Positions 16,582-24,665 of a DNA stretch of 32,274 bases are shown in pieces. The position numbers and the translations under genes are program-made. The notes below the pieces were generated by a model. The model worked only from the letters and a program-made list of their open reading frames with translations. It ran no database searches and was not told the origin of the DNA. The stretch's first letter is position 1, and every line of letters begins with the position of its first letter. Source of the DNA: Patescibacteria group bacterium (GTDB lineage: Bacteria; Patescibacteriota; Patescibacteriia; UBA2591; CALHIP01); the NCBI GenBank assembly GCA_046289355.1, contig JBKBVX010000002.1:1-32274 (forward strand). The letters are read 5' to 3'.

Positions 16582-18069
16582 TTAATTAAGATGGCTAACT
16601 TTTTCGATGGCTTTTTTATATAGCTCAATATATTTGTTGGCTGGTAAATCCCAAGAAAAAACTTGGCGCATTGCTTTTTTAACTAACTTTTTCCATTTTT
16701 CTTTATATTTGAAAGCTTCAATAGCTCGAGCAATAGCAACTAAAAGATCATTCTCATGCCAATCAGAAAAAACAAAACCATTACCCTCTTCTTTTTGAGG
16801 ATCCCAATCTTTAATAGTATCAGCCAAACCACCAACTTTCCTAACAATAGGAATTGAACCATATCTCAAACTTTTAAGTTGAGAAATACCACAAGGTTCA
16901 AAGCGAGATGGAAGAAGAAAAAGATCACTCCCTGCATCAATTTTAGACTCCCAAACTTCAGAAAATGGGGTAATGTAAGCAAGTTTTTTAGGATATCTTT
17001 CTGCATTGCGGGCAAAATATTTTTCATATTCTTTTTTCCCGCTACCAACCATTATAATTTGTAAATCCATCTTTAAAAGTGTTGGTAAAATTTTGATAAT
17101 CAAATCAAAACCCTTTTGTTCAGTTAAACGGTGAGCCAAGCCAATCAAAGGAATTTTTAAATTTTCTTCTAAACCAACTTCTTTCTGCAAAGCCAATTTA
17201 TTCTTCTCTTTTTTCTCTAAAGATTGCCAGTCATAGTTAAAATAGATATTCTTGTCAAATTTTGGATTATGAACCGAGTAATCAATGCCATTAATAATTC
17301 CATAGAGATCATTTTTTCTTATCTGACAATATTTTTCTAGACCTTCGCCAAACTCAGGTGTGAGAATTTCTTCGCGATATCTCTCACTAACAGTATTGAT
17401 GATATCAGCAAATAGAATTCCTCTTTTTAAGAAATTTATAAGATTCCATTTTTCTTTCTCATTTATCTTGGGTAAAGGATTTCGACCGTTATCTCTTTTT
17501 TCTGGAGGAACAAAGCGATTATTTAATCCATGAGGACCTTGATAAGCCATATTATGGATTGTCAAAAGAGTAGGTACTTTTTTATCCTTAAAGAAAAATT
17601 TATTTTTTATCAAAAATGGGATCAGAGCAGTGTGCCAGTCATGACAATGGATAACTGAAGGATTAAGATTTAATTTTTCAATAAAAAAGAGGGAAGTAAA
17701 ACAAAAAAAATAAAAAACCTGGCCGTCGTTTTGATAACCATATAATTTTTCTCTTTTCCCAAAAAAAGAAGGTTCGGAAATTAAAAAAATAACTAATGGC
17801 TTAGGTAGTCTTTTAGTAATTTCTGTTCGATAAACTGATGATAAAAAAGATTCTCCATCAATTTCTATTTTTTCTTCTAAAATTTTTTCAATTTTATTTT
17901 CAAAAGAAGATGGCGAAATAAATCCATAAAAAGGAAGAAAAGAAAAAACCTCTTGCCCTTTTCTGATTAATTCTTTTGGCAAATGAAGAGCCACATCGCC
18001 TAAACCACCTGTCTTGGCGAACGGACTCATCTCTGCTGAAAGAGAAATAATTCTTAATTTTTTTATCAT
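16582..18069 (-). CDS. glgA: glycogen/starch synthase (GT5, GlgA-like), paralog 2
   Basis: 495 aa with LSAEMSPFAKTGGLGDV, HCHDWH, TIHNMAYQG and PSRFEPCGISQL. It is the first gene of the operon. Confidence 0.9.
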   Translation of the reverse strand: MIKKLRIISLSAEMSPFAKTGGLGDVALHLPKELIRKGQEVFSFLPFYGFISPSSFENKIEKILEEKIEIDGESFLSSVYRTEITKRLPKPLVIFLISEPSFFGKREKLYGYQNDGQVFYFFCFTSLFFIEKLNLNPSVIHCHDWHTALIPFLIKNKFFFKDKKVPTLLTIHNMAYQGPHGLNNRFVPPEKRDNGRNPLPKINEKEKWNLINFLKRGILFADIINTVSERYREEILTPEFGEGLEKYCQIRKNDLYGIINGIDYSVHNPKFDKNIYFNYDWQSLEKKEKNKLALQKEVGLEENLKIPLIGLAHRLTEQKGFDLIIKILPTLLKMDLQIIMVGSGKKEYEKYFARNAERYPKKLAYITPFSEVWESKIDAGSDLFLLPSRFEPCGISQLKSLRYGSIPIVRKVGGLADTIKDWDPQKEEGNGFVFSDWHENDLLVAIARAIEAFKYKEKWKKLVKKAMRQVFSWDLPANKYIELYKKAIEKVSHLN

Positions 18070-18087
18070 ATTAAGGAAATTTTTAAA

Positions 18088-18116
18088 ATTCTAACTCTTT
18101 TTAAATAATTCTTCAA
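18088..18116 (-). promoter_or_regulatory. promoter candidate TTGAAG-17-TAGAAT for the seven-gene glucan operon
   Basis: On the minus strand, TTGAAG is the reverse complement of 18111-18116 and TAGAAT of 18088-18093, with a 17-nt spacer. The -10 ends 18 nt before the ATG at 18069. Confidence 0.4.
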
Positions 18117-18130
18117 GTAAAATTAGGTTA

Positions 18131-18163
18131 TTGACATTTTTTAAATTTTTGAGAAAATAATAT
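18131..18163 (+). promoter_or_regulatory. weak promoter candidate for the LysM-CHAP gene (perfect TTGACA, poor -10 at canonical spacing)
   Basis: TTGACA at 18131-18136. At a 17-nt spacing the -10 is only AAAATA. The better TAATAT (18158-18163) needs a 21-nt spacer. Confidence 0.25.
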
Positions 18164-18172
18164 TGGAAGAAA

Positions 18173-19327
18173 ATGAAAAATAGCTTATCTAAAATTAAGA
18201 TTCTTCTTATTTTAATCAATTTTTTAAAAAAAGCGGTTTTTTCTGTTTTTTGGTTTTTAGAAAAAATCGCTAAATTATTAATAAACTTCCTTTTTATTAT
18301 TGTAAAAATATTTGCTTTCTTAATTGCTCCTTTTTATTTTAAAATAAAGAAATCAATTAAAGAGTTCTTATCAAATTTTCATTATCAAAAAGAGTTATTT
18401 TCTCTCTTTATTCAAAAAGGGATAATTTTTATTTCATTGTTTTTGATTGTTATTTTTATTTTTTTTGAAGAAAAAACTACTTTTGAAGAAAAATTTTTTG
18501 CTCAAGCACTTGCTGTTGAAGAGAAGGGTAGTAAAAACATCTCTTTTGAAATAGCATCAGAAACTGAAGAAGCAATACCTAAGCCAAGTCTTACTTTTGA
18601 AAAAGAATTCATTCCAACAAGAACAGAAATTGAAAAATATATAGTTAAGCCAGGAGATACTATTTCTTCAATCGCTAAAGATTTTGATGTCTCTATTAAT
18701 ACCATCCTTTGGGAAAATAAATTGACCATTAATTCAATTATTAAACCGGGTCAGATTTTAAAAATTCTTCCTGTTTCTGGTGTCTCCCATAAAGTAAAAC
18801 AAGGAGATACAATAGAAAAAATCGCTCAACTTTATCGAGCTAACATTGAAGATATTATTAGATTTAACAACTTAGAGGAAGAACCATTAAAGGTAGGAGA
18901 TGTTATTATTATTCCTGAAGGAAAAATCCCACCTCCTCCGCCTAGACCAAGGATCTATAAAAGTCAAGATAAAATTTGGCTGACAAAAGAAGAAGGAAAA
19001 AGAAGGCAAGGAACAAATTGTCGCGATTTTTATCCTGGTCAATGTACTTGGTATGTTGCTCAAAGATATTGTATAACTTTTTCTGGTCATGCTAAATCTT
19101 GGTTAGCTAATGCTGCCCGGGCTGGTTATAAAATTGGCAATACACCACAGGTTGGAGCTATTATTTCTTTAAAAGAAACATGGTATGGTCATGTAGGAAT
19201 TGTTGAGGAGGTAAAAGAAAATACAATTGTTATCTCTGAAATGAACCATCTTGGGCCATGGATTGTCAATAAAAGAGAGTTGAATATCAATGATTGGCGA
19301 ATCAATGGCTATATTTATCCCTTTTAA
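18173..19327 (+). CDS. membrane-anchored peptidoglycan hydrolase with two LysM repeats and a C-terminal CHAP domain
   Basis: 384 aa. LysM repeats are YIVKPGDTISSIAKDFDVSINTILWENKL and HKVKQGDTIEKIAQLYRANIEDIIRFNNL. There is a PPPPPRP linker, then a CHAP domain with GQCTWYVAQR (Cys) and GHVGIVEEV (His). Confidence 0.85.
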   Translation: MKNSLSKIKILLILINFLKKAVFSVFWFLEKIAKLLINFLFIIVKIFAFLIAPFYFKIKKSIKEFLSNFHYQKELFSLFIQKGIIFISLFLIVIFIFFEEKTTFEEKFFAQALAVEEKGSKNISFEIASETEEAIPKPSLTFEKEFIPTRTEIEKYIVKPGDTISSIAKDFDVSINTILWENKLTINSIIKPGQILKILPVSGVSHKVKQGDTIEKIAQLYRANIEDIIRFNNLEEEPLKVGDVIIIPEGKIPPPPPRPRIYKSQDKIWLTKEEGKRRQGTNCRDFYPGQCTWYVAQRYCITFSGHAKSWLANAARAGYKIGNTPQVGAIISLKETWYGHVGIVEEVKENTIVISEMNHLGPWIVNKRELNINDWRINGYIYPF

Positions 19328-20862
19328 TAATTGAATATCTCTTCTTCTTTTCTCAAGCGATATTGAATAGCTTCAGCAATATGAGTTAGGGCTATTTTTT
19401 CTTCATTGGCTAAATCAGCAATAGTTCTGGCAACTTTTAAGATTCGATAATAGGCTCGGGCAGAAAGATAAAATTTTTCTACTGCTTCTTTAAGCAATTC
19501 TTGACCTTCTTTTGAAATTTGACAGAATTTTTTTATCTCTTTTTGCCCCATCTCTGAATTAGTTAAAATTTTTAATCCTTTAAATCTTTCCCTTTGAATC
19601 TCTCTGGCTTTTTCAATTCTTTTTTTAATTTCTTTTGAACTCTCTCCTAATTTTTCTTCAGATAATTTTTCAAATTCCAGACGTGGAACTTCTAAATATA
19701 AATCAATTCTATCTAAAAGAGGGCCAGAGATTTTTTTATGATATTTAATAATCTGAGTGGGTGTACAGATACATGGTTTATGAGGGTCACCATAATAACC
19801 ACAAGGACAAGGATTTTTTGAGGCAATAAAAATGAACCGAGCTGGAAAAGTTAAAGAACCTTTAGCTCGGGAAATAGTAATAAAACCCTCTTCTAAAGGT
19901 TGACGAAGAGTCTCTAAAACATGCCGAGAAAATTCTGGTAGTTCATCTAAAAATAAAACACCCCGATGGGCTAAACTAATTTCACCTGGTTTAGGTAATT
20001 GACCACCACCAATTAAAGCAATATCAGAAATAGTATGATGAGGAGAACGAAATGGTCGCTGAATAACATAGGGTTTTTCCTCAGAGAGAAGGCCAGCAAT
20101 TGAATAAATTTTACTCACTTCTAAAATTTCTTCCTCAGTTAATCTTGGTAAAATCGAGGGAAGAGTTTTAGCCAAAAGAGTCTTACCTGCTCCTGGTGGT
20201 CCTGACATAAGGAGATTGTGAGCACCAGCAGCAGCAATTTCTAAAGCACGTTTTGCTTTTTCCTGACCTTTAATATAAGCCATGTCAATTTCAAAATTTT
20301 CTTCTTCAATTTTTATACCTTGACCAATAACTGGTGAAATTGATTTTACCCCGGAAATATGAGTCAAAAAATCACGAAGTCTTTCCAAAGGATAAATTTT
20401 AAGGTTCTTTACCAAACTGGCCTCTTTAAGATTCGCCTTTGGGAGAAAAATACCATCAAGGTTTTTTTCTTTAGCTAAAATCGCCAATGGTAAAACTCCT
20501 TTGGTATGTTTTAAATCTCCATTAAGAGAAAGTTCACCAAGAAAAAGAGAGTTTTTAGGAAATAAATTTTCTGGAATTTGCTGGGAGGCAAAAAGAATGC
20601 CCAAAGCTATTGGTAAATCATAAATTGGACCTTCTTTCTTAAGATCAGCCGGTGCTAAATTGATAACAATTTTCTTCTGACTTGGAAATTTTAGTCCAGA
20701 ATTTTTAATAGCTAACTTTACCCTTTCTTTTGATTCCTCAATAGCCCGATCTGCTAAACCAATAATTTCAAAACCTGGGAAACCTGAAGAAATATCTGTC
20801 TCTACCTCAATAATCTGAGAAGAAAGACCGAAATTAGCGCCAGAAAGAATTTTCACTAACAT
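19324..20862 (-). CDS. comM: YifB/ComM family Mg-chelatase-like AAA+ ATPase
   Basis: 512 aa with an N-terminal Lon-like domain, Walker A MSGPPGAGKT, Walker B VLFLDELPEF and a CPCGYYGDPHKPCIC zinc-ribbon-like insert. Confidence 0.9.
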   Translation of the reverse strand: MLVKILSGANFGLSSQIIEVETDISSGFPGFEIIGLADRAIEESKERVKLAIKNSGLKFPSQKKIVINLAPADLKKEGPIYDLPIALGILFASQQIPENLFPKNSLFLGELSLNGDLKHTKGVLPLAILAKEKNLDGIFLPKANLKEASLVKNLKIYPLERLRDFLTHISGVKSISPVIGQGIKIEEENFEIDMAYIKGQEKAKRALEIAAAGAHNLLMSGPPGAGKTLLAKTLPSILPRLTEEEILEVSKIYSIAGLLSEEKPYVIQRPFRSPHHTISDIALIGGGQLPKPGEISLAHRGVLFLDELPEFSRHVLETLRQPLEEGFITISRAKGSLTFPARFIFIASKNPCPCGYYGDPHKPCICTPTQIIKYHKKISGPLLDRIDLYLEVPRLEFEKLSEEKLGESSKEIKKRIEKAREIQRERFKGLKILTNSEMGQKEIKKFCQISKEGQELLKEAVEKFYLSARAYYRILKVARTIADLANEEKIALTHIAEAIQYRLRKEEEIFNY

Positions 20863-20868
20863 AAGGTG

Positions 20869-21270
20869 TTACTCTATTCTAACAAATTTTAAAAAATAAA
20901 AAAGCAAACCAGCAAAGATCATTAAATCAGCTAAGTTTAATGTCAAAAGATTGAAAAAAGAAAAATAATCAATAACAAAACCATTGAAAAGATGATCAAA
21001 AAAATTACTCAAGCCACCGATAAAAATTAGGATCAAAGAAAACATTTTAAGATATTCTTTTTGTCGATAATTTTTGACTATATAAAAAATGAGAAGAAAA
21101 AGAACGATTGGTATTAAAAAATAAAATATCTTTCCTTTAAAGAAAAAAATAAAATAGGGATTAGGAGTTAATTTAAAAAATAAAAATTCTTCTTTGATGA
21201 AAAGAATCTTTTTTATCAGGCGGTCTAAAATAAAAAGAAATAAAGAAAGAAAATAAATTTTATTTTTCAT
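20869..21270 (-). CDS. lspA: lipoprotein signal peptidase II, short and divergent
   Basis: 133 aa with four hydrophobic segments. GGLSNFFDHL and LNLAD keep the two catalytic-Asp contexts (GN..DR and FN.AD), and VIDYF is present. The usual N.GAAF motif is degenerate. Confidence 0.6.
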   Translation of the reverse strand: MKNKIYFLSLFLFILDRLIKKILFIKEEFLFFKLTPNPYFIFFFKGKIFYFLIPIVLFLLIFYIVKNYRQKEYLKMFSLILIFIGGLSNFFDHLFNGFVIDYFSFFNLLTLNLADLMIFAGLLFYFLKFVRIE

Positions 21271-21632
21271 TTTAATTTTTTGTCTTTACAATTGAGGCAA
21301 ACTCTAGCAGTTGGAAAAGCCCGTAGTCTTTCTTCAGAAATTTTCCCTTGGCAGATTTCACAAATACCATAAGTTCCCTTTTTAATCTTTTCTAAAGCGA
21401 GATTTACTTCTTTAAGTCTTTTTTCGAGATTAAAAGATAAAGAAAAACGGTCCCCGAAAGCAGAAACTTCATCAGCATTTTCATCTTCTTTATCGCCAAA
21501 TTTTGGGAAATTCACTTCAAAACCATTATGAAGTCTTTTACTCCGTTCTCCAAGTTTTTCTAATTGGGTCTCTAATTCTTCTTTCTGTTTGATCAATTCT
21601 TTTTCTATTTCTTTTAAAAAATTTCTAAACAT
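21267..21632 (-). CDS. DksA/TraR family C4 zinc-finger protein
   Basis: CEICQGKISEERLRAFPTARVCLNCK (CxxC-17-CxxC) follows a coiled-coil region. I prefer ATG 21632 (MFRNFLKEI...) over the track's TTG at 21644. Confidence 0.8.
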   Translation of the reverse strand: MFRNFLKEIEKELIKQKEELETQLEKLGERSKRLHNGFEVNFPKFGDKEDENADEVSAFGDRFSLSFNLEKRLKEVNLALEKIKKGTYGICEICQGKISEERLRAFPTARVCLNCKDKKLK

Positions 21633-21659
21633 AGTCAATAACAAAAACCACGCCGACTA

Positions 21660-21689
21660 ATTATAAAAAATAAAAAAGGCAGTGGTCAA
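21660..21689 (-). promoter_or_regulatory. promoter candidate TTGACC-18-TATAAT for the dksA-like/lspA/comM unit
   Basis: On the minus strand, TTGACC is the reverse complement of 21684-21689 and a perfect TATAAT of 21660-21665. It lies in the largest intergenic gap of the window. Confidence 0.45.
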
Positions 21690-21738
21690 TTTTTTGCAAA
21701 AGCAGATTAGCATTTTAAAAAGAAACAGTCAAGAAAAG

Positions 21739-21747
21739 TTATCCACA
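21739..21747 (+). promoter_or_regulatory. perfect DnaA-box 9-mer TTATCCACA
   Basis: An exact match to the consensus DnaA box, in the 117-nt spacer between rnpA and the dksA-like gene. It lies about 50 nt upstream of the predicted -35. Confidence 0.5.
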
Positions 21748-21761
21748 GTCGCTAAATTTGC

Positions 21762-22106
21762 TTACTCCTTTAAAAAAGCCAATTTTTTAAAAATTCCTTC
21801 TAATTTTTCTTTCATTGACCAAAAATCAAGATTTTTAATTTCAGGTTTAGCTATCACTAAAACATCAAAGCCAGGTTTAATAATTTTTAAATTTTGATGA
21901 ACAATTTCTCTTAACCTTCTTTTAATTTTATTCCTTGCTGTAGATCTTTTATCAACCTTTGTTGAAACAATAAAGGCGAAGCGAGAATAATCTAAATTGT
22001 TTTTTCGGTATTTTACTCCCATCTCGTTAATAAAAAAAGATCTCCCCTCTTCAGCTAAAATTTCAAAATCCCTCTTTTTAGTTAAACGAAATTTCTTTGC
22101 CAACAT
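21762..22106 (-). CDS. rnpA: ribonuclease P protein component
   Basis: 114 aa with KKFRLTKKRDF and the RNR motif ARNKIKRRLRE. It lies immediately downstream of rpmH. Confidence 0.9.
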   Translation of the reverse strand: MLAKKFRLTKKRDFEILAEEGRSFFINEMGVKYRKNNLDYSRFAFIVSTKVDKRSTARNKIKRRLREIVHQNLKIIKPGFDVLVIAKPEIKNLDFWSMKEKLEGIFKKLAFLKE

Positions 22107-22112
22107 ATAATT

Positions 22113-22250
22113 TCAAACTGTCAATCTCTTTCTCTTTTTTCTTCTCCTTCTTTTTAAAATATTCCGGCCAGATTTTTTCCTCATTCTTTTTAGAAAACCA
22201 TGAACTCTTTTTTTTCTCAATTTTTTAGGTTGGTAGGTTCTTTTAGGCAT
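22113..22250 (-). CDS. rpmH: 50S ribosomal protein L34
   Basis: [45 protein letters not shown] (45 aa) from ATG 22250. The track's longer ORF adds 17 non-conserved residues that overlap yidD. Confidence 0.9.
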   Translation of the reverse strand: MPKRTYQPKKLRKKRVHGFLKRMRKKSGRNILKRRRRKKRKRLTV

Positions 22251-22258
22251 ATGATAAT

Positions 22259-22510
22259 TTATTTTAAAGGATCCCATCCTCCTTTGCTTAAAGGATGACA
22301 ACGAAGAATTCGACCGATAGTTTTAATTCCTCCTTTTAAAATTCCATATTTTTCAATTGCTTGATAAGCATATTCAGAACAAGTGGGGCGAAATTTACAG
22401 ACGCCCGGCCAAGGATGAAAGAAAGATAAAAAACCATGATCAGGTGAAAAATATTTCTGATAAAAATTGATAAATTTTAGTATAATTTGACGAAAAAAAT
22501 ATTCAATCAT
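22259..22510 (-). CDS. yidD: membrane protein insertion efficiency factor YidD
   Basis: 83 aa with [27 protein letters not shown] and [12 protein letters not shown]. The start overlaps the pnp stop by 4 nt. Confidence 0.9.
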   Translation of the reverse strand: MIEYFFRQIILKFINFYQKYFSPDHGFLSFFHPWPGVCKFRPTCSEYAYQAIEKYGILKGGIKTIGRILRCHPLSKGGWDPLK

Positions 22511-24660
22511 TTTTTAAAATAAATTTTTTTCCTTTTTTTATAAAAATCTAAAGGAACAGCTCGTTTTAAAGAACAATAAATTCTTCCTTGTTCATCGATC
22601 CTAATAATTTTAGCTGGAATAATCTCGCCAACTGATAAAATTTCAGAAGGATGTCTAATTCGAAAAGGTGCAATTTCAGAGATATGAATTAAAGCAGATT
22701 CTTTAAGAGGGAAGAAATCAACAAAAACACCAAAATCCACAATTTTATTAACCTTAACTTGAAAAATTTCACCAACTTTAAATTCTTTAGCTAAACCTTT
22801 AACCCATTCTTTAGCTCTTTCTAAAGATTCTTGAGAAGTTGAAGTAATAAAAACTAAACCATCTTTTTCAATGTCAATCGTTACACCAGTTTGAGCAATA
22901 ATCTCATTGATGACTTTACCACCAGAACCAATGACATTACTAATTTTATCTGGATTAATCCGGAAAGAAGTAATTAATGGTGCATACTTAGAAACATGAG
23001 GTCGGGGTTGGGGAAGAATTTCTTTCATAAAATTTAGAATTTTTATTCTTCCTTCTCGGCCTTTTTTAAGTGCATCCTCGATAATTTCTAAAGAAAGGCC
23101 ATGGGTTTTAGTATCCATTTGAATGGCAGTAATCCCAATTTCAGAACCAATAATTTTGAAATCCATGCCACCTGGTCCATCTTCTAAATCTTGAAGATCA
23201 ATGAAAGTTTTAAAATTTTTAATTCCTTCTTCATCTTCTTCTGAAGCTAAGCCAATAGCAATACCTGCTACTGGTCTAATAATTGGAACACCTGCATCCA
23301 TTAAAGCCAAAGAGGAGGCGCAAGCTGAAGCCATCGAGGTTGAACCATTTGAAGAAAGAACTTCAGAAACAACACGAATAGTATAAGGAAATTTTTCTTG
23401 CTCGGGCATAACTACTAAAAGACCTCTTTCAACTAACATACTATGACCAGTTTCTCGACGACCAGTTGCTTTTAAAGGTGAGACTTCTCCTGAGGAAAAT
23501 GGTGGAAAATTATAATGATGCATAAAGCGTTTACGACCAGATTCTTCCATTGTATCTAAATATTGTTCCATACCTGGTGCTCCTAAAGTAACAGTTGATA
23601 AAACTTGTGTCTCGCCTCGTTGAAAAAGGGCAGAACCATGAACACGAGGTAAAACACTCACACAAGCAGATAAAGGTCTAATTTCATCGAGACCTCGACC
23701 ATCGATTCTTCTTCCTTCCTTTAAAATAGCTTGGCTAATCCGACGATAAATCATTTTATTAACTTCTTCTATTGCCTTAGTTCTTTCTTCTTTGTTGATA
23801 TTCTTTTCAATTAAAATTTTCTCTAAATCTTGACGAATTTTTTCTGCTGCATTAAGGCGTTCTTCTTTGGTTAAAAGTTTTTTCTCAAATAAATATTTAT
23901 CAGCCTCCTTTTCAAAAAACTCATTAATAATTTGCTTAACTTTTTCATTTTCTATATTTTTTTCTAATTTAATTTTTTCTTTTCCAATTTCTTTTTGGAT
24001 TTTTCTAAAAAAATTATTAATCTTATTAAGATAAGGAGTAGCAAATCTAATTCCCTCTAAAATCATTTCTTCAGAAACTTCATAAGCACTGGCTTCAATC
24101 ATAATTATTCTTGAATCAGGACCACAAACAACCAAATCTAATTTACTTTTTGCTCGCATCTCATAAGTTGGATTTAAAACCCATTGGCCATCGACTTGAC
24201 CAATTCTTAGACCAGCTACTGGACCATCCCAAGGAATATCAGAGACAACTAAGGCGCCTATTGCCGCATAAAAAGCAACCATATCTGGATCATTTTCTTG
24301 ATCAATAGCTAAAACTGTAGTGATAATCTGAACTTCTCGCCGAAAATCTTGATTAAATAAAGGTCGAATAGCCCGATCAATTAATCGAGCAGCTAAAATT
24401 GCTTCATCTGGCGGTCGCGTTTCTCTTTTGATAAAACGCGAACCTTTAATTTTACCAGCGGCATAAAATCTTTCTTCATAATCAACAAGTAAAGGAAAAT
24501 AATCAATTTCTGGATGTTCTTCGCCCATCACTGCTGTGGCTAAAACAACTGTCTCACCATATTGAGCAACAACAGAGCCATTTGCCTGAGTAGCCAGTTC
24601 ACCAGTTTTAATAATTAATTTTCGACTACCGATTTCTGTCTCAAAAATTTTTTCAGCCAT
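22507..24660 (-). CDS. pnp: polyribonucleotide nucleotidyltransferase (PNPase)
   Basis: 717 aa with two RNase PH-like domains (for example RIDGRGLDEIRPL and GGMDFKI). The C-terminal KH domain contains IGSGGKVINEII and the S1 domain contains VGEIFQVKVNKIVDFGVFVDF. Confidence 0.95.
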   Translation of the reverse strand: MAEKIFETEIGSRKLIIKTGELATQANGSVVAQYGETVVLATAVMGEEHPEIDYFPLLVDYEERFYAAGKIKGSRFIKRETRPPDEAILAARLIDRAIRPLFNQDFRREVQIITTVLAIDQENDPDMVAFYAAIGALVVSDIPWDGPVAGLRIGQVDGQWVLNPTYEMRAKSKLDLVVCGPDSRIIMIEASAYEVSEEMILEGIRFATPYLNKINNFFRKIQKEIGKEKIKLEKNIENEKVKQIINEFFEKEADKYLFEKKLLTKEERLNAAEKIRQDLEKILIEKNINKEERTKAIEEVNKMIYRRISQAILKEGRRIDGRGLDEIRPLSACVSVLPRVHGSALFQRGETQVLSTVTLGAPGMEQYLDTMEESGRKRFMHHYNFPPFSSGEVSPLKATGRRETGHSMLVERGLLVVMPEQEKFPYTIRVVSEVLSSNGSTSMASACASSLALMDAGVPIIRPVAGIAIGLASEEDEEGIKNFKTFIDLQDLEDGPGGMDFKIIGSEIGITAIQMDTKTHGLSLEIIEDALKKGREGRIKILNFMKEILPQPRPHVSKYAPLITSFRINPDKISNVIGSGGKVINEIIAQTGVTIDIEKDGLVFITSTSQESLERAKEWVKGLAKEFKVGEIFQVKVNKIVDFGVFVDFFPLKESALIHISEIAPFRIRHPSEILSVGEIIPAKIIRIDEQGRIYCSLKRAVPLDFYKKRKKIYFKK

Positions 24661-24665
24661 AATTT

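Noticed and set aside
21645-21761. The possibility that this spacer is oriC.
   Set aside because: It has only one DnaA box, and genes on both sides point the same way with no divergence. dnaA is not adjacent, and 117 nt is too short for a box cluster plus an unwinding element. It is kept only as a single-box regulatory or relic hypothesis.
21682-21897. A 71-aa plus-strand ORF that starts in the rnpA/dksA-like spacer.
   Set aside because: Two thirds of it is antisense to rnpA. The remainder covers the promoter-like and DnaA-box region. It has a non-ATG start and no recognisable product.
22251-22301. A 17-codon N-terminal extension of rpmH.
   Set aside because: L34 universally begins MKRT/MPKRT. 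The extension overlaps the end of yidD in another frame.
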